DNA of 64,000 nt from Mobula hypostoma (lineage: Eukaryota): positions 195,302,001-195,366,000 of the forward strand of contig NC_086097.1 of assembly GCF_963921235.1 (NCBI RefSeq), written 5' to 3'. Positions 37,140 through 49,164 of this stretch are shown here, in pieces. Each line of letters opens with the position of its first letter. Within the stretch, counting starts at the first letter, position 1. Below the pieces are notes generated by a model. It had not been told where the DNA came from. It saw only the letters and a list, made by a program, of their open reading frames with translations, and ran no database searches. The position numbers and the translations under genes were made by a program.

Positions 37140-38990
37140 GGGAACAAGACTATAATAAGTGGAAAGTGACTACAGAGACTTAAAGGTACAGAAGAATATA
37201 GGTGTCAATTTACATAAGAAGCAGAATGTAAGCACAAGTAACAGAAAATAAATGCACTGTTGATCTTTATGGTAATGAGAATGGAAATGCAAGCAAAGGT
37301 GGATCATTTGGTCACATCTGGGTTACTGCACTGAATTTTGGTATCCTTATGTAAAGAAGTCCAATGATTGTGGTTAATAGATATTTTCAAAGTTGGAAAG
37401 GTTGTCTTATGAAGGAAATTTGAGAAGTTTGGGTCTGGATTCACAGGAGTTCACAAAAGTAAGGGATGAACTCATGGAAACATACAACATTCTAAGGCAG
37501 TTTGGCACTGTAGTGGCAAAAGGATGTTTTTCCCTTGCACAGAAATCCAGAACTGAGATTAATGTTTCAAACAAGAAATTTCTCACTCAACATAGAGCTT
37601 AGAAGGCTATTCCTTTTGACCCTCAAAGGGTTATGAATCTGTGAATATCTCAACATCAGGGATGTGCAGAGGCTAAATCGCTGAATAGATGTGATAGATA
37701 AGAGTATAATCCTGTAAACTGACAAAGGTTATGGAGAGCAAGCAGGAAAGCTGAAGCTGAGACTAACGGTTAAATATGGATCAAGCACAAGGCCCAGATG
37801 ACCTACCCCTTCTCCTATTTCACATGTTTAACAATATCAACTATGTTTCTCATGAGAGTAGAGAGAAAATTAGAATTAAAACACTGTTGTGCATACTAGT
37901 TAGGTGAGGTCTCAGATGACTGGTGAGCAGCAAATGTTATGGCTTTGTTCAAGAAAGGAAATGGGTAATCCAGGTAATTATAGCCCAATGAGCCTCATTG
38001 GAGAAGATACTGAAGGAATGGGTTTATACATATTTCAAAAGACATGACCTGCACAGGGACAGTCTGCATGGCAGGTGGCACTTAAAAAATTTGGTTCAAT
38101 TTTTTTGAGGAACGGACAAAGAAGTTTGAGGAGGGTCAGGCAGTGGACAGCATCAAAATGGACTTGGAAAGGCATTTGATAAGATTTCTGAAGGTGGGCT
38201 GATTCAGAAGATAATGATGCATGGGATTCAGAGTCAATTACAAGTATAGATTCAGAAATGGCTTGCCCGTAGAAGACAGGGAGTAGAGATGGAAGGCTAT
38301 TATTCTGGCTGGAGATCCGTGACCAGCGGTGTTCCACAATGATCAATGCTGGGACCTCTGTTGTTTGTTAGATATATAAGTAAATAAAGAGTTGGATGAA
38401 AATGTATTTGTATTTGGGTGAATTAGTATATTTGCAAATGACACCAAGATATGGTGGAGCTGTGGACAGTGCAAAGGATGATCAAAGTATACAGTTAGAT
38501 GTAGACCACTTACAGATACTGGCAGAGAAGTAGCAGATAAAGTTTAATTTGGACAAATATGAGCTGTTGCATTTTGAGAGGTCAAATGAAAGGAGAAATA
38601 TATAGAGTTAATGGTAGACTCTTTACTTACATTGTGGTACAGAAGGATCTTAGGGTCTAGGTCCACAGTTCACTGAAAGTGATTATGCAAATTGATTAAG
38701 TGGTAATGACGGTATATGGTAGGTGTTGAGTATGGGAGTAAAGAAATAATGTTGTAGCTCTATACAACTTTCATCATTTAGCACTTGGATTATTATGTGT
38801 AGTTGTGATTTTAGGAAGGATGTGGAGACCTTGGATAGTGCTAAGCAAAGGTTTACCAGAATGCTGCCTGGATTAGAGGTCATGAACTGTAAGGAATGAT
38901 TAGACAAACTTAGGTTGTTCTCCCTACAGCATTGGAGACTAAGGAAAGGCATATGAGAGGCATAGATAGGGAAGGCAGTTTAGGTATGCT
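37140..38990 (+). mobile_element. Two heavily degraded CR1 fragments
   Basis: Remnant motifs ERLSYE..L..LGL.S.EF, gcggtgttccacaatgatcaatgctgggacc (GVPQGS.LGP), tttgcaaatgacacc (FADD-like). Confidence 0.7.
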
Positions 38991-40536
38991 TTTAACCAGG
39001 CTGCATTCATTGTGAGAGGTGGTTTGTTGGTAAGACTGCACGAGAGGTAGTAAGAGCTCGGCAGGCTGCAATCACTGTGATATTTAGCCACTTACAGGGG
39101 CCAATAAAAAGAAGCAAGGTGCTGGCAGAGTGGCTATTGTGGGAGCAGCCATTGTTGGAGTAGGCCAGTTTTAGACTGGTCAGGTTTTGACTCAACAGGC
39201 TGAGGAAGGAATCAGCATAGACTAGAACTTAAGCTTGAGAAATTAGAGGTACAGTGTAACAAGTGCAGGCAGAAAGGTAGTTCAGTTCGTGGAATGCTCC
39301 TCTTATCAGATGTGGGATTTCGTGGTACCTAATTGTCTCTCTGATGTCTACATCTGCAAGAAGCACACCTAATTTCAGCTTCTGACTGACAAGGTCAAGG
39401 AACTGGAGATGGAGCAGAATGTACTCAGGGCCATCAGGGAGACTGAAAACCCTGCAAATGACACTTTTACTGAGGTGGCCACACCCAGAGTCCAGGTTTC
39501 AGACAGTAGATAGGTGACCACCAGGAGAAATAAGAGGAGTAAGTAGTTAGCGCAGTGAACCCATGTGGTATTCCCGACAGCAACAAGGATAATCCTTTGG
39601 ATACTGCCAGAGGCAGATGACCTATCAGAGCACAGCAGCAGCAGCCAGGCCAACATCATGATGGCCAGCTTGACGACTCAGCAGGGAAGCGTAAGGTCAG
39701 GCAAAGCGATAGTGATAGGAGGCTCGACAGTTAGGAAGACAGACAGGAAATCCTGTGACAGCAAAAGAGAAGCCAGGATGGTGTGTTGCCTCCCAGGTTC
39801 TAGAGTCCAGGATATGTCAGAGTGGCTTTCCAAGCGGGAGAGTGAGCAAGCAGAGGACATGGTACATGTTGGCACCAATGACATAGGTAGAAAGGGGGAA
39901 GAAGTCCTATGCAGTGATTATAGGGAGTTAGGGAAGAGCCTGAAAAACAGGACTTACAAGGTAGTAATCTCTGGGTTACTCCCAGTACCACATGCTCATC
40001 AGGCCAAATAGTATAGATGAATGAGTGCCTGAGGGAGTGGTGCAGGAAGCAGGATTTCAGAATTCTGAATTATTGGAAATTCCTCTGGGAAAGGTGTGAC
40101 ATGTACAAAAAGGTATGACATGTACACATGAAAACAAAGAGGACTAATATTCTTGTGGCAGGTTTGCTACAGCTGTTGGGGAGGATTTAAACTAACGTGG
40201 CGGGGATGGAAGACTGAGTGATAGTGCTAAGGTGGGGTAACTGGAATACAAATGTATTGTGCAACAAGACTGTGAGGAAGGGCAGGTAGACAATAGGGGA
40301 AAAAATGTAATCAATGGGATGAATTGAAATGTAACATGGGGGCAAAATCAAAAAAGAGTGATGAATAGAGGACTGAAGGTTTTATACTTCAATACATGCA
40401 ATATGTGGAATAAGGTAAATGATCTTGTAGCGCAGTTAGAGATTGACAGGGATGATGTTGTGGGCATCACTGAGTTATGACTGAATGAAGATAATAACTG
40501 GGAGTTTAAAATCCAAGGACACAATTTGTATCAAAA

Positions 40537-41176
40537 TGTCATCATCCGGACCGTGATGTCTGCATTCCGGTTCACGGTCCGGTGCATGGACTCAGGACTC
40601 CGGGTCTTCCAGCTGTCCCTTGTTTGACTAAATCAAAGGCACCTGATTCCCATCTTTGGGCTTGCAATATAAGCAGCCTTGGGACTGAGTTTGGGGTTGT
40701 GTTGTCTTGTTGGTCCCCCTTGGAGCAGCCTGCTGATGAAACCATTTGTGATCTCTAGGCCTGGTTGGAGGACCATTGCTTCATGGAGCCTTGTTGCCAC
40801 TTGTAGGAATAGTCTTTGTGGTATGGATTTGGCTGTTTCCTGGGTTAGCTGAGTGGCTGCCAGCCACTCCAAGCTAGGTAGGGATCTGGCTGTTTCTGTA
40901 ACCAGCTGAGGTTGCTGGCTGAACTGAGACTTGGAGCTTCCCCGGAGCAGAGGTGGAACTGTCTGTTGTTCTTTAGTATTTGTCTCTTCTTGTCCTTGCC
41001 TCTGTGGGGTAAGTCAGGCTGTCTTGCTATTACCCAACAGATGGACTTATCCCACCTTGGTGTTGAGAAGTTGAGTCCCAGCTTGTCTTAGGATAAGTCT
41101 GTCTCTGTCTATGTCCTGTCTCATGTTAGTGTCTGTGTCTTGCATTTGGGTCTGTTCCTAGCACCCTTGTGTGACA
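40537..41176. mobile_element. Solo LTR (640 bp), probably Gypsy/BEL type
   Basis: Termini TGTCA...TGACA; 5-bp TSD caaaa at 40532-40536 and 41177-41181; TATA-like aatataag near 40666. Confidence 0.85.
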
Positions 41177-41594
41177 CAAAAGGGCAGATGGATAAGTAAA
41201 GAAATATGGTTGTGGTGTTGGCAAAAATATGAAATCAAATCCTTAGAAAGAGGTGACATAGGTTCAGAAATATAGAGTTGTTGAGAGTGGTATTAAGAAG
41301 CTGTAAGAGTAAAAACTCCCTGATGGGAGTTGTATACAGGCTCTTAAACAGTAGCCAGGATGAAGATAAAGATGATGGGAGATAAAAAATAAATGTAATA
41401 AGGGCAATGAAAGTCATGGGAAATTTCAATTTGCAGGTAGATTGGGGAAATCAAGTTGGTGCTGGATTCCAAGAGATGGAATTTATAGAATGTCTAGGAA
41501 ATGGCTTTTTAAAGCCACTTGTGGTTGAGTCCACTAGGGAAACAGCAATTCTAGAGTGGATATTGAGAAATGAACAAGATTTGATTAGGGAAAA

Positions 41595-42892
41595 TAGACC
41601 ATAATATCATAAGACTATAAGATATAGGAGCAGAATTAGGCCATTTGGCCTGTTGAGTATGCTGTTATTTCTTCATAGCTGATCCAATTTTCCTCTTGGT
41701 CTCAATATCCTGCCTTCTCCTTCATACCCTGACTAATCAAGAATATATCAACCTCTGACTTAAATATTCATAAAGATGTATGGCTTCCACAGCTCTTTGG
41801 CTAAAAAAAAAAAAATACCTTCTCATTTTTGTTCTGAAAGGACACCCCTCTATTCTAAGGTTGTTCCCTGGTCTTTGACACTCCTACCATAGGAAACATC
41901 CTCCCCACATCCACTCTGTCAAGGCCTTGCTCCATTTGATAGGTTTTGATGAGGTCACCCTTTGTTCTTTTGAATTTCAGTGAATACAGATCCAGAGCCA
42001 TCAAATTTTCTACATATGACAAACCATTCAATGGTGGAATTATTTTTGTGAACCTCCTTTGAAGCCTCTCCAGTTTCAACACATCCTTTCTAAGATAAGG
42101 AGCCTAAACCTGCTCACAATACTCCAACACAAGGAATTCTGCAGATGCTGGAAATTCAAGCAACACACATCAAAGTTGCTGGTGAATGCAGCAACTTTGA
42201 TGTGTGTTGCTTCACAATACTCCAAGTGAGTCCTCACCACTGCCCTATACAGCCTTAGTGTTATATCCTTTTATATTGTAGTCCTTTTGAAATGAATGTT
42301 AGTATTGCATTTGCCTTCCTCATCACAGACTCAGCCTGCATATTAACCTTTAGGGAATCCTGCACAAGGACCTCCAAGTCCCTTTGCACTCAGTTTTTTT
42401 TTGTATTTTCTTTCTATTTAGAAAATAGTCAACCCTTTCATTTCTTCTACCAAAGTGCATGACCATACACTTCCCAACATTATATTCCATCTGTTATTTC
42501 TTTGCCTATTCTCCTAAAGTGTCTAAGTCCTCCTGTAGCCCCTCTACTTCAAAACTACCTGCCCCTCCAGTTATCTTCTTATCACCTGCAAACTTTGCGA
42601 CAAAGCTGTCAATTCCATTATCCAAATCATTGACATATAATGTAAAAAGAATTGCTCCCAACACAAACCCCTGTGGAACACCATGAGTCACCAGCAGCCA
42701 GTTTATTCCCACTCTTTGCCACTTGCCAATCAGCCACTACTTTATCCATTCTGTAATCTTTCCTGTAATACCAATGGCTCGTAGCTCATTAAGCAGCCTC
42801 ATGCATGGCACCTTGTCAAAGGCTTTCTGAAAATCCAAGTACATACCATCAACTGATTGTCCTTGGTCTATCCTGCTTGTTACTACTTCAAA
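41595..42892 (-). mobile_element. CR1 3' half inserted antisense into the larger CR1
   Basis: GVPQGFVLG..LFTLYVNDLD..VAKFAGD; ERLQRRFTKII; tail at 41595-41625. Confidence 0.9.
42128..42211 (-). mobile_element. 84-bp Penelope-derived fold-back insertion
   Basis: 14-bp TSD tcacaatactccaa (42114-42127, 42212-42225); perfect 23-bp inverted repeat (42159-42181 / 42189-42211) with 7-nt loop. Confidence 0.85.
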
Positions 42893-45074
42893 GAACTTAA
42901 GGTAAAAGATCCCTTAGGGGGAGTGATCATAATCTCATTGAATTCACCCTGCAGTCTGAGTGTGAGTAAATAAAGTCAGATGTATTAATATTTCAGTAGA
43001 GTAAAGGGAATTACAGAGGCATTAGATAGGAGCTAGCCAAGACTGATTGGATGACACTATCAGGGATGATGGCAGAGCAGCAATACCTTGAGTTTCTGGG
43101 GACAATTTAGAAGGTACAGGATAGATACACCCCAAAGATGAAGAAATATTCTAAGTGGAGGATGAGACAACCATGGTTGACAAGGGATGTCAAAGACAGC
43201 ATAAAAGAAAAAAAAGAGGACATGTAATATCGAAAAAATTAGTGGGAAGTTAAAGGATTGGGAAGCTTTTGAAAACTAACAGAAGGCAACTAAAAGGAAT
43301 CCATGATCGAAAAGATAAAATATAATGGTAAGCTAACGAATAATATAAAAGAGGATACCAAAAGATTTTTCAGATAAGTGAAGATTAAACGAGAGGTGAG
43401 AGTGGATAATGGATTGCTGGAAAATGATGCTGGAGAGGTAGTAATGGGGAACAAAGATACGGTAGACAAACTGAATAAGTATTTTACTTCAGTCTTCACT
43501 GTGGAAGACACTAGCAGTATGCCAGAAGTTCAAGTGCCAGGGAGAAAAGATGAGTGTATAAGGAGAAGGTTCTTGGGAAACTGAAAAGTTTAAAGGAAGA
43601 TAAGTCACATGAAACAGCCCAGGGTTCTGAAAGAGGTAGCTGAAGAAATTATGGAGGCATTAGTATGATCTTTCAAGATTCACTAGATTCTGGAATGGTT
43701 ATAGAGAACTGGAAAATTGCAGATGTCACTCCATCCTTTAAGAAGGGAGAGAGGTAGAAATAAGGATATTATAGGCCAGTTAGTCTAACTTCAGTGGTAT
43801 GATGTTTGGCTTGATTAAGGATGAGGTTTCGAGGTACTTGGAGGTACGTGTTAAAGTAGGCCAATGCCAATATGTTTCCTTAAGGGGAAATAATTGCATG
43901 ACTAATCTGTTGGAATTATCTGAGGAAATAACAGGCAGGATGGACAAAGGAGAATCAGAGGATGTTCTTTACTTGGGTGTTCAGAAGGCATCTGACAAGG
44001 TGCCACACATGAGGCTGCTTACCAAGTTAAGAGTCCATGTTAATTTATGGAAGATACTTGAATGGTTAGAAGATTGGCTGGCAGTAGGCAAAGAGTCTGA
44101 ATAAAGGGGACCTACCTTGGCTGGTTTCGTGCTTTGCAGGGGTGGGTATTGGGCTGCTTCTTTTCATGTTATATGTTAATGATTTGGAGAATAGAATTGA
44201 TAGTTTTGTGGCCAAGTTTACAGACAATGCAAAGATACGTGGAGGGGCTGGTAGTGTTGAGGAATAACAGATTGGAAGAATGGGCAATGAAGAGACAGAT
44301 GGAATATGTTGTAGGGAAGTGCATGGCCACATGCTTTGGTAGAAGAAATAAAAGCATAGACAATTTTCTAAATGGGGAGATAATTCAAAAATCAGAGGTG
44401 CAAAGAAACTTGAGTCCTCATGCAGGATTCCCTAAAGATAAACTTGGTGGTTGAGTTGGTATTGTGAAAGGCAAATACAATGTTGGCATTCATTTTGAGA
44501 GGACTAGAATACAAGTGCAATGATGTAATGCTCAGGCCTTATAAGGCAATGGTCTGACCCCATTTGGAGTATTGTGAGCAGTTTCGGGCCTCTTATCTAA
44601 GAAAAGCTGTGCTTCCATTGTTAAGCATGAAGAGCATTTGATGGTTCAGGTCCTGTGCTTGCTGGGGTTTAGAAGAATGAGGGTGGATCTCATTGAAACC
44701 TTTTGAATATTAAAAGGCCTAGATAGAGTGGATGTGGAGAGGACTTCTCCCATAGTGGGTGAGTCCAGACCCAGAGGACACAGACTCAGAACAGAGGGAT
44801 GGCCATTTAGAAGAGGGCTAAGGAAGAATTTTTTTAGCCAGAGAGTGATGAATCTGTGGAATTTATTACCACGGAATTCCGTGGAGGCCAAGTCATTGAG
44901 TGCATTTAAAGCAGAGGTTGATAGGTCCTTGATTACTCAGGACAACAAATGTTGCAGTAATAAGGCAGGAGAACAGGGATCAGAGAGATAATAAATAAAC
45001 CATGATGGAATGACAGAGCAGACTCAATGTGTTGAGTGGTCTAATTCTGCACATATGCCTTATAGTCTTAAAGC

Positions 45075-45340
45075 TGGTAGGGGGTGGAAAGGAGTTTAAA
45101 GGCACATGAGGGGCAAAGTTTTTTTTTAAGAAACAGTTATTGGTGCTTGGAATAGGTTATCGGGGTAGTAGTGGAGACAGGCAGTTTGGTGGTGATTAAG
45201 AGGCTTTTAGATATACTAATATAAAGGAACTGGACACTTATGGCTGATGTGCAGGAGGAAGATACTTGGTACAAATTGGTATTAATGTTGGTGCAGCATT
45301 ATGTGTGAATTGCCTGTCTGATGTTATACTGTTCTATATT
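45075..45340 (+). mobile_element. Old CR1 3' end
   Basis: tttaaaggcacatgaggggcaaagttttttt...ggtgcttggaata pattern and CR1-type 3' UTR. Confidence 0.65.
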
Positions 45341-47379
45341 CAATAACAAGCTCTGAAGAAAGAGCATGTTTAATTCTTTAAAGGTATTTCTAATATTCAA
45401 TAGTTACAGTACTATAGGATGAGCAAACTTTCTTTTATATGTAGTACATTGTAAAGAAATCAATAGGAAAGTTAGATTTTTTGTTCTCATTTCATCTGTA
45501 ACCATTATATTTTACAGTTCTTTCAAGTACATTGTACTTGCGTCAGAACTGAGCTATGACTCACTCAGATTCCATAGCAAGGACACATACATCTCACTGG
45601 TCTATCAGAATGTGTTGACATCATCGCAAGTGAAGGGTCACCAAATCTTTCACAAGATCCCTGCTGCTGCCAAACTTACAATGCAATGAGTTTCAAAGCA
45701 GAATGCTTGACTGTATATCATCTGAACAGTAATGCTTTAGAAATGAAATTAAACCATGTCAGATCATGTTATGTGAACAAATTCATTGGCATTGTATATC
45801 ATGTACTCAAGACCAGGGTAATGTAATGTTTCCCTTAATCAGAGCAAAGAATGAGTCATTCTTCTGTTTAAACAATTAATTATTAAATAATGTTGGGAAA
45901 AATATTCGTTCTAAATACAAATATAAAATTAATAATTAATACTTAAAGAAAATATCTCCAAACCAGACAACGCCAGTAAAAATAAATAATAATAATAATC
46001 CTCATGGGCTAAATTTGCTCATCATGATATAATCAGATACTGATATTAAATATAAGTGGGATTATTAGGTATTGTAGATCAAATTTTCACTTTAACATTT
46101 TGTAATGCAGAATTTAAGCATAATTTATTGGCAAACTGATTCTAATTTGCTGTCTATTATGATGAGCTTTAAAGAATTAATTGTAAAACATTAATTTTAA
46201 AGCACTTGGTGGGAATTTTGCATTACAGATAGGAAAGCTACATTATAGATTTAGAAATCTCTGCAGAAGGCAAAGCCAGATTCAAGTTAAGTCTCACTAA
46301 CTCCATGTGGAAAGGTGTGGATGATCAGGCATTGCAGGTGTCACCAGTCAACTCCAAGATAGCAAAGTGGGAAGAAAGATTAACAAATCTGAAATGTACA
46401 TGGTGTCCAGGCAGGAGAAACTTCTATTCTTGTAAGGTAAACTCACCTAGATAGATTACAGATATTACGGCCTTGTTGCAGGATGTTTGGTGTTCAAGTT
46501 GAAATGGCACTGAGGTCTAATTAATGTGTCACATTTGGTGCACCTCTCATGAGGTTGTAAAATTATATGTATTAAAGTTGCAACCTAGGCACCCAGGTTC
46601 CCTTTTCCCTCTTTCACTCTAGGGCATTTTTTTTTCTCAATTACTCAGTATTAGATCACTGATCAATAAGGACAAAATTCCCAGGCCCTATCATAAGGGA
46701 TGAGCAAGAAATATGTCAAATCAGTTCACATCAGGCCTCTAGCCTACTGTTCAAGTTGTCCATAAAACTTAGCATCAGGCTGTTGCAGTAAAAGTTCCAG
46801 ATGTTCAATTCTTCTCGGGGATAAGCATCCATGGGAGGAGGACCATATTACTTCGAGGCCCTTTTATAGCAGAAGAGCAGACAACCACTTCTTGCGATTC
46901 TGATGTACTGAATGCAGTCAAGGGAAATTCATCCAAAATTACTCTGCTGTTTGGCTATTAGGGGTGCTGAATAAAGCATGTGTAACATTTGTAGCAGTGA
47001 TTGAGACACACACCAGAGTCACTATCCAGCTTGTGTTTGACTGTATGGTTCATAGCATGCCTGTAGGCAGCTGATGTACACTGTGCCGGCACACAGCGCT
47101 TCTTCAGCAGAGTTGTTCATCACTGGTGAAGCAATATCCTCACAAAATGGTCACAGGCAAATTTGCGTCTGGAAGGCCCAGCTGACCTGCATAATCTCAG
47201 CATGAGTGACAGCAGAATAACCTAGCTATCTGGTAACTGGCAAATAAAAATGAAAAGAGCTGCACAGAGTCAAAGAGCTATACAACACAGAAACAGGTCC
47301 TTTGGACCAAGTTGTCTGTGCTGACCAAGTTGCCTAACTGAGCTAGTCCCATCTGACTGTGTTTTGCCTCCATATCCCT

Positions 47380-47580
47380 CATTTTCAACATGAAAGCCAA
47401 CAGATCCTATTAGATATCCTACATCCACTGGAGAGAACTCCTCTGATAGACTCTAATACAACAGCTTTCTTTCAACACTGTAGCAAAATATCAGCCTAGA
47501 TTATGAGTTAATGTCCCTTAAGTGGAACTTAAAAATTATAATTTTAACACAGAGGTACATGTACATGTACTGAGCTATAC
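47380..47580 (-). mobile_element. Degraded DeuSINE (SacSINE1-like)
   Basis: - strand gctcagt...aagttccact...cataatctaggctga...ctctccagtggatgta resembles the SacSINE1 head and Deu domain as recalled. Confidence 0.6.
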
Positions 47581-48014
47581 TCATACAGATGGTTGTAACT
47601 GTAGATACTCCAACAGACCAGTTTGCCAGCTACCATTGGCAACCCTGAGAGGAAAATGAATGACAAAGGTAAAGAAAACCCGTAATCTTCTTTTTCGTTT
47701 GATTTTAAAGTTGTCCTATCCTTATTCCAATTGTTTCCAAAAGGTATCCTTCTAAAACTGAGTTATGAAAGGATTGTAGAACTGGCATCAATGGTAGTTG
47801 AGTTGGTCATGCTCAGTCCAACGTACCACTGGAATTCACCACTGTAACTAGTTCTGAGGCAGCATTAACCTTTCGTAGCCATGCTGGCCCTCATGATCTC
47901 AAAGTATCAGTTCTTTGTATATCCCTTGAACAAAGCAGAATGTTACTGGTGGCCCATCCCTGAGCTGGGCAGGCTGAGCACTGCCATGATGGCTACCAGT
48001 GGCCTGATTCACAG

Positions 48015-48866
48015 TTCTGAATCAGAGTTAATATTACTGGCGTACGTTGTCAAATTATTTAGCTTTAACTACTGCAGTACAAAGAAATACATGATAAATA
48101 TAGAAGGAAAAAAGTTACATTAAATATATATACCTATTAAATAGTTATGTTAAAATAAGTGCAAAAAAGCAGAAATTAAAATAAATAGAGTAGTGTTCAT
48201 GGTTTAATGTCCATTTAGAAATCAGATGGCAGAGGGAAAGATGCTGTTCCTGAGGCGCCAATCCTTGGAGATGTCTTGGACACTACAGAGGCTGGTACCC
48301 ATGATGGAGCTGACTAATTTTACAAGTTTCTGCAACTTGCTTCAATCTTGAGTAGTAGCGCACCCCCACCCCCACCCCACCACACACACACCTAGACAGT
48401 GATGCAACCAGTCAAAATGCTCTCCATGGTACATTTGTAGAAGTTTTCAAGTGTTTTGGTTGACAAACCAAGTCTCCTCAAACTCCTCATGAAATATAGC
48501 CACTGTCCTGGCTTCTTTATAGCTGCATCGATCTGTTGCTTCCAGGTTAGGTCCTCAGAGATACAGTATTGTCACTCAGGAATTTGAAATTGTTCACTCT
48601 GTCCACTTCTGATCCCTCTATGATGATTGGTTTGTGTTCCCTTGTCTTACCCTTTCTGATGTCCACAATCAGCTCTTTGGTGTTGCTGACATTGAATATA
48701 AGGTTGTTACCGTGACACTACTCAACTAACTGGTATATCTCACTCTTGTATGCCCTTCTGCCAACAATAGATGCATCATCAACAAATTCACAGATGCTGT
48801 TTGAGCTGTGCCTAACTACACAGTCATGAGTGTAGAGAGCATAGAACAGGTGGCTAAGCACACCTA
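48015..48866 (-). mobile_element. Rex1/Babar fragment
   Basis: LYTHDCVVRHSSNSICEFVDDASIVG; tail tctgaatcagagttaatatt. Confidence 0.82.
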
Positions 48867-48867
48867 T

Positions 48868-48933
48868 TTGGGTCAGCACAACATTGTGGGCCGAAGGGCC
48901 CGTACTGTGCTGTACTATTCTATGTTCTATGTT
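48868..48933 (+). mobile_element. Tail-only insertion of CR1 family A (~65 bp)
   Basis: gggtcagcacaacattgtgggccgaaggg...ctattctatgttctatgttc is nearly identical to 21496-21560; cacac on both sides. Confidence 0.85.
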
Positions 48934-49164
48934 CACACATCACAGGTATGATAATCAGATCAGTGTTCTGCCCTTGTGAAAACTTGAGATCACAACTTAA
49001 CAGGGAAATGTTAATCAGAGGACACTCCATACATAGCAATAACATTGTGTAAATTCCACCATGTCTTCTCTGTGCCATTATCAGTGGCCTGTCAAGTTTT
49101 CTTAGTTTATGCCCAGAGTAACATAGTTCCATAATGTTATGCAAAAGTAAGGTATAATCTTTCA

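Larger units (their letters stand above)
39000..45070 (+). mobile_element. Near full-length decayed CR1 (5' UTR, ORF1 zf/leucine zipper plus SGNH esterase, ORF2) with nested insertions
   Basis: ORF1 KAIVIGGSTVR...VCCLPGSRVQD...VHVGTNDIG; ORF2 pieces at 40370-40536, 41182-41590 and 42893-44990; tail tatgccttatagtctta. Confidence 0.85.

Noticed and set aside
45680..45734. Possible 55-nt minus-strand exon (tttctaaag|...ATT|gtaagt)
   Set aside because: Weaker splice context and no recognisable peptide.
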